Shown: positions 9,675 to 12,367 of the stretch, piece after piece
How positions within the stretch are numbered: the first letter of the stretch is position 1
Layout: each line of letters begins with the position of its first letter
NCBI GenBank assembly: GCA_012034795.1
Contig: JAAUOQ010000080.1
Span: 1-12,367 of the forward strand
Length of the DNA: 12,367 nt
Direction: 5' to 3'
Source of the DNA: Leptolyngbyaceae cyanobacterium CRU_2_3
GTDB taxonomy: Bacteria > Cyanobacteriota > Cyanobacteriia > Elainellales > Elainellaceae
Made by a program: the position numbers and the translations under genes
The notes under the pieces: generated by a model
Seen by the model: the letters and a program-made list of their open reading frames with translations, nothing else
Database searches by the model: none
What the model was told of the DNA's origin: nothing

Positions 9675-10208
9675 GAGAGAACTACTCGCAGCAGCATGAA
9701 CCAAAATATCTCATAGTAATAATTGCGGCGAAATTAAGAAATTCGCCTGTTTCGCTGTGAAGTGTTAAGTTGAGTCCACTACGCTACAGGCAAAGCGAAC
9801 TTGAGTCTGGCGAGTTCTCCGATCGCTTCTCCCAGAGAACACCACACTAAACTTCAGTCGCTGCGTACCAGCGTCAGGATTAACCGATAAATTCTGGCGA
9901 AATCATGAAATTGAATGTATTAAACGTCCGGGATCGCGTCTGCGTTACTACTCCTTTTGTCTCGTGTCCTCTGATCTCACGTCCTGGTTGGCGATCGCTG
10001 CGTCAGTGGGGTGGGGTGGCTGCCTCACTAACAGCTTCAGTGGCGATCGCTTCCGCCAGTGCGGTGGCGCTACCCAGTGCGGCTGTTGCTCTGGAAGGAG
10101 CAGCCCCAGCCGTATCTTTGAGTGGTTCTCCCCCAACCAGTGCTCCTCCCCAAACTACATCCCTAGCCCCGATCTTTCAGACCACACAGCCGCTCGCTCA
10201 AGCACCTA

Positions 10209-12092
10209 TTGGGCAAGGCTTTGGGCTTTCCTGGCTACTGGTCCATTGGGATTTTGGGCGGAGTGGCGATCGCTGCTTCTTGTGCTGGACTGGTGGTGAT
10301 CAGCGAACGAGAAGTGGGGATTGTTGTCAAAAAAGTTTCGTTTTCCGGACGGCAGTTACCGCCTGGGCGGTTGATTGCTCTTAATGGTGAAGCGGGCTAT
10401 CAAGCCGATACACTGGCTCCTGGCTGGCACTGGGGCTATTGGCCCTGGCAGTTTAGCGTTCGCAAAGAGCCAATGATTGTGGTACCGCAAGGCGAGATTG
10501 CCCTGATCGTGGCAAATGATGGCGATTCAATTCCGCTGGAGCGCATTCTAGGTAAAGTGGTGCCCTGTGACAACTTTCAGGACGCCCGCGAATTTTTGAC
10601 CAACGCAGGTGAAAAAGGCCGGCAGATTGGCTTTCTGACAGCAGGGACGTATCGGATTAATACGGCGTTGTTTAAGGTGATCACAGCGGCAAACGCCAGC
10701 AGCTATGACATGCGCCCTGAAGATCTGGCAGTTTACTCATTGCAGTCTGATAAAGTGGGTGTAGTAACGACACTGGCAGGTGCACCGATCGATCCAGGCG
10801 AGATTGCTGGATCTCCCATTCCTGACCACGACAACTTTCAGAACGGACAGAAATTCATTGAGCAGGGTGGACGACGCGGCTTACAGCAGCAGATCTTGCT
10901 GTCTGGCTCCTGGAACCTGAACCCCTGGTTTGTTCGGGTTGAGCAAGTACCGATGACGGAGATTCCCATCGGCTATGTGGGCGTTGTTGTCTCGTTTGTT
11001 GGTGATTCAGAAGATGACGTCAGCGGTGCGGCCTTCACCCACGGCAATTTGGTGAAAGCGGGCAATAAGGGCGTCTGGGTACAGCCCCTCTATCCAGGCA
11101 AGCATCCCATCAACTCCCGTGTCATGAAAGTGGAACTTGTCCCAACCATTAATATTGTATTGAACTGGTCAAGCCGCACGGAGCGGCACAAGTATGATGC
11201 CAATCTGGAAGCCCTCAGAGTTCGATCGAATGATGGGTTTGCCTTCGACTTGGAGGTTTCGCAGATCATCCATGTCGGGGCTCTGGATGCCCCCAAGGTG
11301 ATCTCCCGTGTTGGCTCTATGCAAAACTTGGTAGACAACGTGCTAGAACCCAGTGTGGGCAACTATTTCCGCAACTCTGCACAAGATTACACTGTGTTGG
11401 ATTTCCTCAACGCCCGCAGTGAACGCCAAACTGAAGCTGCCGAATACATCAAAACTGCCCTTCGGAGCTATGATGTGCAGGCAATCGACACCCTGATTGG
11501 TGATATCCAGCCCCCTGCTGAACTGATGCAAACCCAGATCGATCGCAAGATGGCCGAGGAGCAGCGTAAGACGTTTGAGGTGCAGCAGATGGCCCAAACC
11601 CAGCGCCAGCAGTTGGTTCGCGAAACCTCATTAGCCGATATTCAGCAAGAACTGGTTAAGTCAGAGCAAAGTGTCACTATTGCTGAACTGAAGGCCAATG
11701 CTCAAATTAAACAAGCCACCGGGGAAGCTGAATCAATTCGGCTGAAGGCATCCGGAGAAGCCTCTGCCATTCGCGATACGGGTTCAGCTAAAGCTGACAC
11801 TTATCGAGCTGGGGTTGAAGCATTAGGCGAACATAACTACACCGCTATGCAGGTAATGCAGATTATTGGTGAAAGCCAAGTTCGTCTGATCCCCGATGTA
11901 TTAGTAGGCAGTAATGGTGGTAATAATGGGTTAGTCGATGGTTTGCTGTCGCTGATTCTCTGGAACCAGACGGGCAACCAGCCATTTGATCCCCAGCATC
12001 TCAAGGTGCCTGGAGCAAACGAAACAATCGCTAGCCCAACTCAGCCCAAGATTGCCAGTAATGGCGTTTCTAAGTCGGAGGCTCCTTCATAA
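10209..12092 (+). CDS. Flotillin-like SPFH/band-7 domain membrane protein (YqiK/FloT-like). The start is uncertain (TTG 10209).
   Basis: 627-aa ORF. There is an N-terminal TM hairpin (WSIGILGGVAIAASCAGLVVI), followed by an SPFH domain. The long Ala/Glu/Gln-rich coiled-coil C-terminus (EAESIRLKASGEASAIRDTGSAKADTYRAGVEAL...QVRLIPDVLV) resembles the flotillin domain of E. coli YqiK. The first in-frame start after the upstream stop at 10164-10166 is TTG 10209; there is no ATG. Confidence 0.75.
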   Translation: MGKALGFPGYWSIGILGGVAIAASCAGLVVISEREVGIVVKKVSFSGRQLPPGRLIALNGEAGYQADTLAPGWHWGYWPWQFSVRKEPMIVVPQGEIALIVANDGDSIPLERILGKVVPCDNFQDAREFLTNAGEKGRQIGFLTAGTYRINTALFKVITAANASSYDMRPEDLAVYSLQSDKVGVVTTLAGAPIDPGEIAGSPIPDHDNFQNGQKFIEQGGRRGLQQQILLSGSWNLNPWFVRVEQVPMTEIPIGYVGVVVSFVGDSEDDVSGAAFTHGNLVKAGNKGVWVQPLYPGKHPINSRVMKVELVPTINIVLNWSSRTERHKYDANLEALRVRSNDGFAFDLEVSQIIHVGALDAPKVISRVGSMQNLVDNVLEPSVGNYFRNSAQDYTVLDFLNARSERQTEAAEYIKTALRSYDVQAIDTLIGDIQPPAELMQTQIDRKMAEEQRKTFEVQQMAQTQRQQLVRETSLADIQQELVKSEQSVTIAELKANAQIKQATGEAESIRLKASGEASAIRDTGSAKADTYRAGVEALGEHNYTAMQVMQIIGESQVRLIPDVLVGSNGGNNGLVDGLLSLILWNQTGNQPFDPQHLKVPGANETIASPTQPKIASNGVSKSEAPS

Positions 12093-12162
12093 TCTTCTAA
12101 GGCTCCTTCATCAGAATCCTCCGAGAAACCTTGCCGTTCTACGGCAGGGGAAGGATAGGAGC

Positions 12163-12198
12163 GTTGATTAAGCGGGGTTCAATACCCCCGAAATCAAC
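12163..12198. other. Nested hairpin resembling a tRNA acceptor/T-arm minihelix: GTTGATT-aag-CGGGG-TTCAATA-CCCCG-AATCAAC. It lies 70 nt downstream of the flotillin gene.
   Basis: Seen directly. A 7-bp outer stem plus a 5-bp inner stem with a T-loop-like TTCAATA. There is no CCA, no D or anticodon arm, and no U-tract. Confidence 0.3.
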
Positions 12199-12367
12199 AC
12201 ACAATCTTTGAAAAGCACCAAGTATTTCTTGGTACAATTTAATGCATATCAAGCCCACTCCTTTAACAAAGGCACAACCTGAAAGGCTACGCACTACAGG
12301 AGTAACAGTTTTGGAAACTTCGGTTTTCTGGGAGAGAGGGATGAGCATAGCGCTCCTTGCAAAAAAT

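Noticed and set aside
9948-10299. ORFs 9948-10136 (-) and 9964-10299 (+), the latter Cys-rich (QCGGATQCGCCSG)
   Set aside because: They are alternative frames of the same GC-rich, HIP1-rich stretch upstream of the flotillin gene. At most one frame can be real, and none has support. I kept only the +2 frame as an open question in the findings.
11090-11631. Three minus-strand ORFs inside the flotillin gene
   Set aside because: They are antisense to a continuous 627-aa SPFH or flotillin ORF.
11986-12348. ORFs 11986-12171 (+) and 12139-12348 (-) at the window end
   Set aside because: The first overlaps the flotillin 3' end out of frame. The second spans the hairpin structures and has no motif or start context. 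Evidence is insufficient to call either.

Overview
The window is chromosomal, housekeeping-type cyanobacterial DNA of roughly 50% GC. I count about 24 copies of the HIP1 octamer GCGATCGC, roughly 1 per 500 bp. Gene order is: a membrane-anchored class A beta-lactamase-like serine hydrolase (- strand, 5' part only), recQ (+), a GT8-like glycosyltransferase (-), a hotdog-fold thioesterase (+), argD (+), an amidase_2 N-acetylmuramoyl-L-alanine amidase (-), pdhB (+) and a flotillin-like SPFH protein (+). There is no CRISPR array, transposase, rRNA or convincing tRNA. The most notable feature is that four of the eight genes (recQ, GT8, argD, amidase) are broken. Each break is a single-base indel or a nonsense codon, and conceptually repairing one base restores a textbook conserved motif every time. 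Two lesions sit at HIP1 palindromes and two are A6-to-A5 homopolymer contractions. That pattern is characteristic of basecalling error at methylated motifs and homopolymers, and is less typical of genuine gene decay; only read-level data can decide. Other observations: several short tandem or direct repeat arrays in intergenic DNA, and an 18-bp perfect palindrome in a divergent promoter region. The beta-lactamase-like protein has an unusual N-terminus: an arginine/serine-rich stretch, four AIGNP repeats and a transmembrane anchor. The flotillin gene start is ambiguous, with an Ala/Ser/Pro-rich ORF immediately upstream. A 700-bp AT-rich region contains no ORF of 60 aa or more. I did not recognise a novel multi-gene system in this window.
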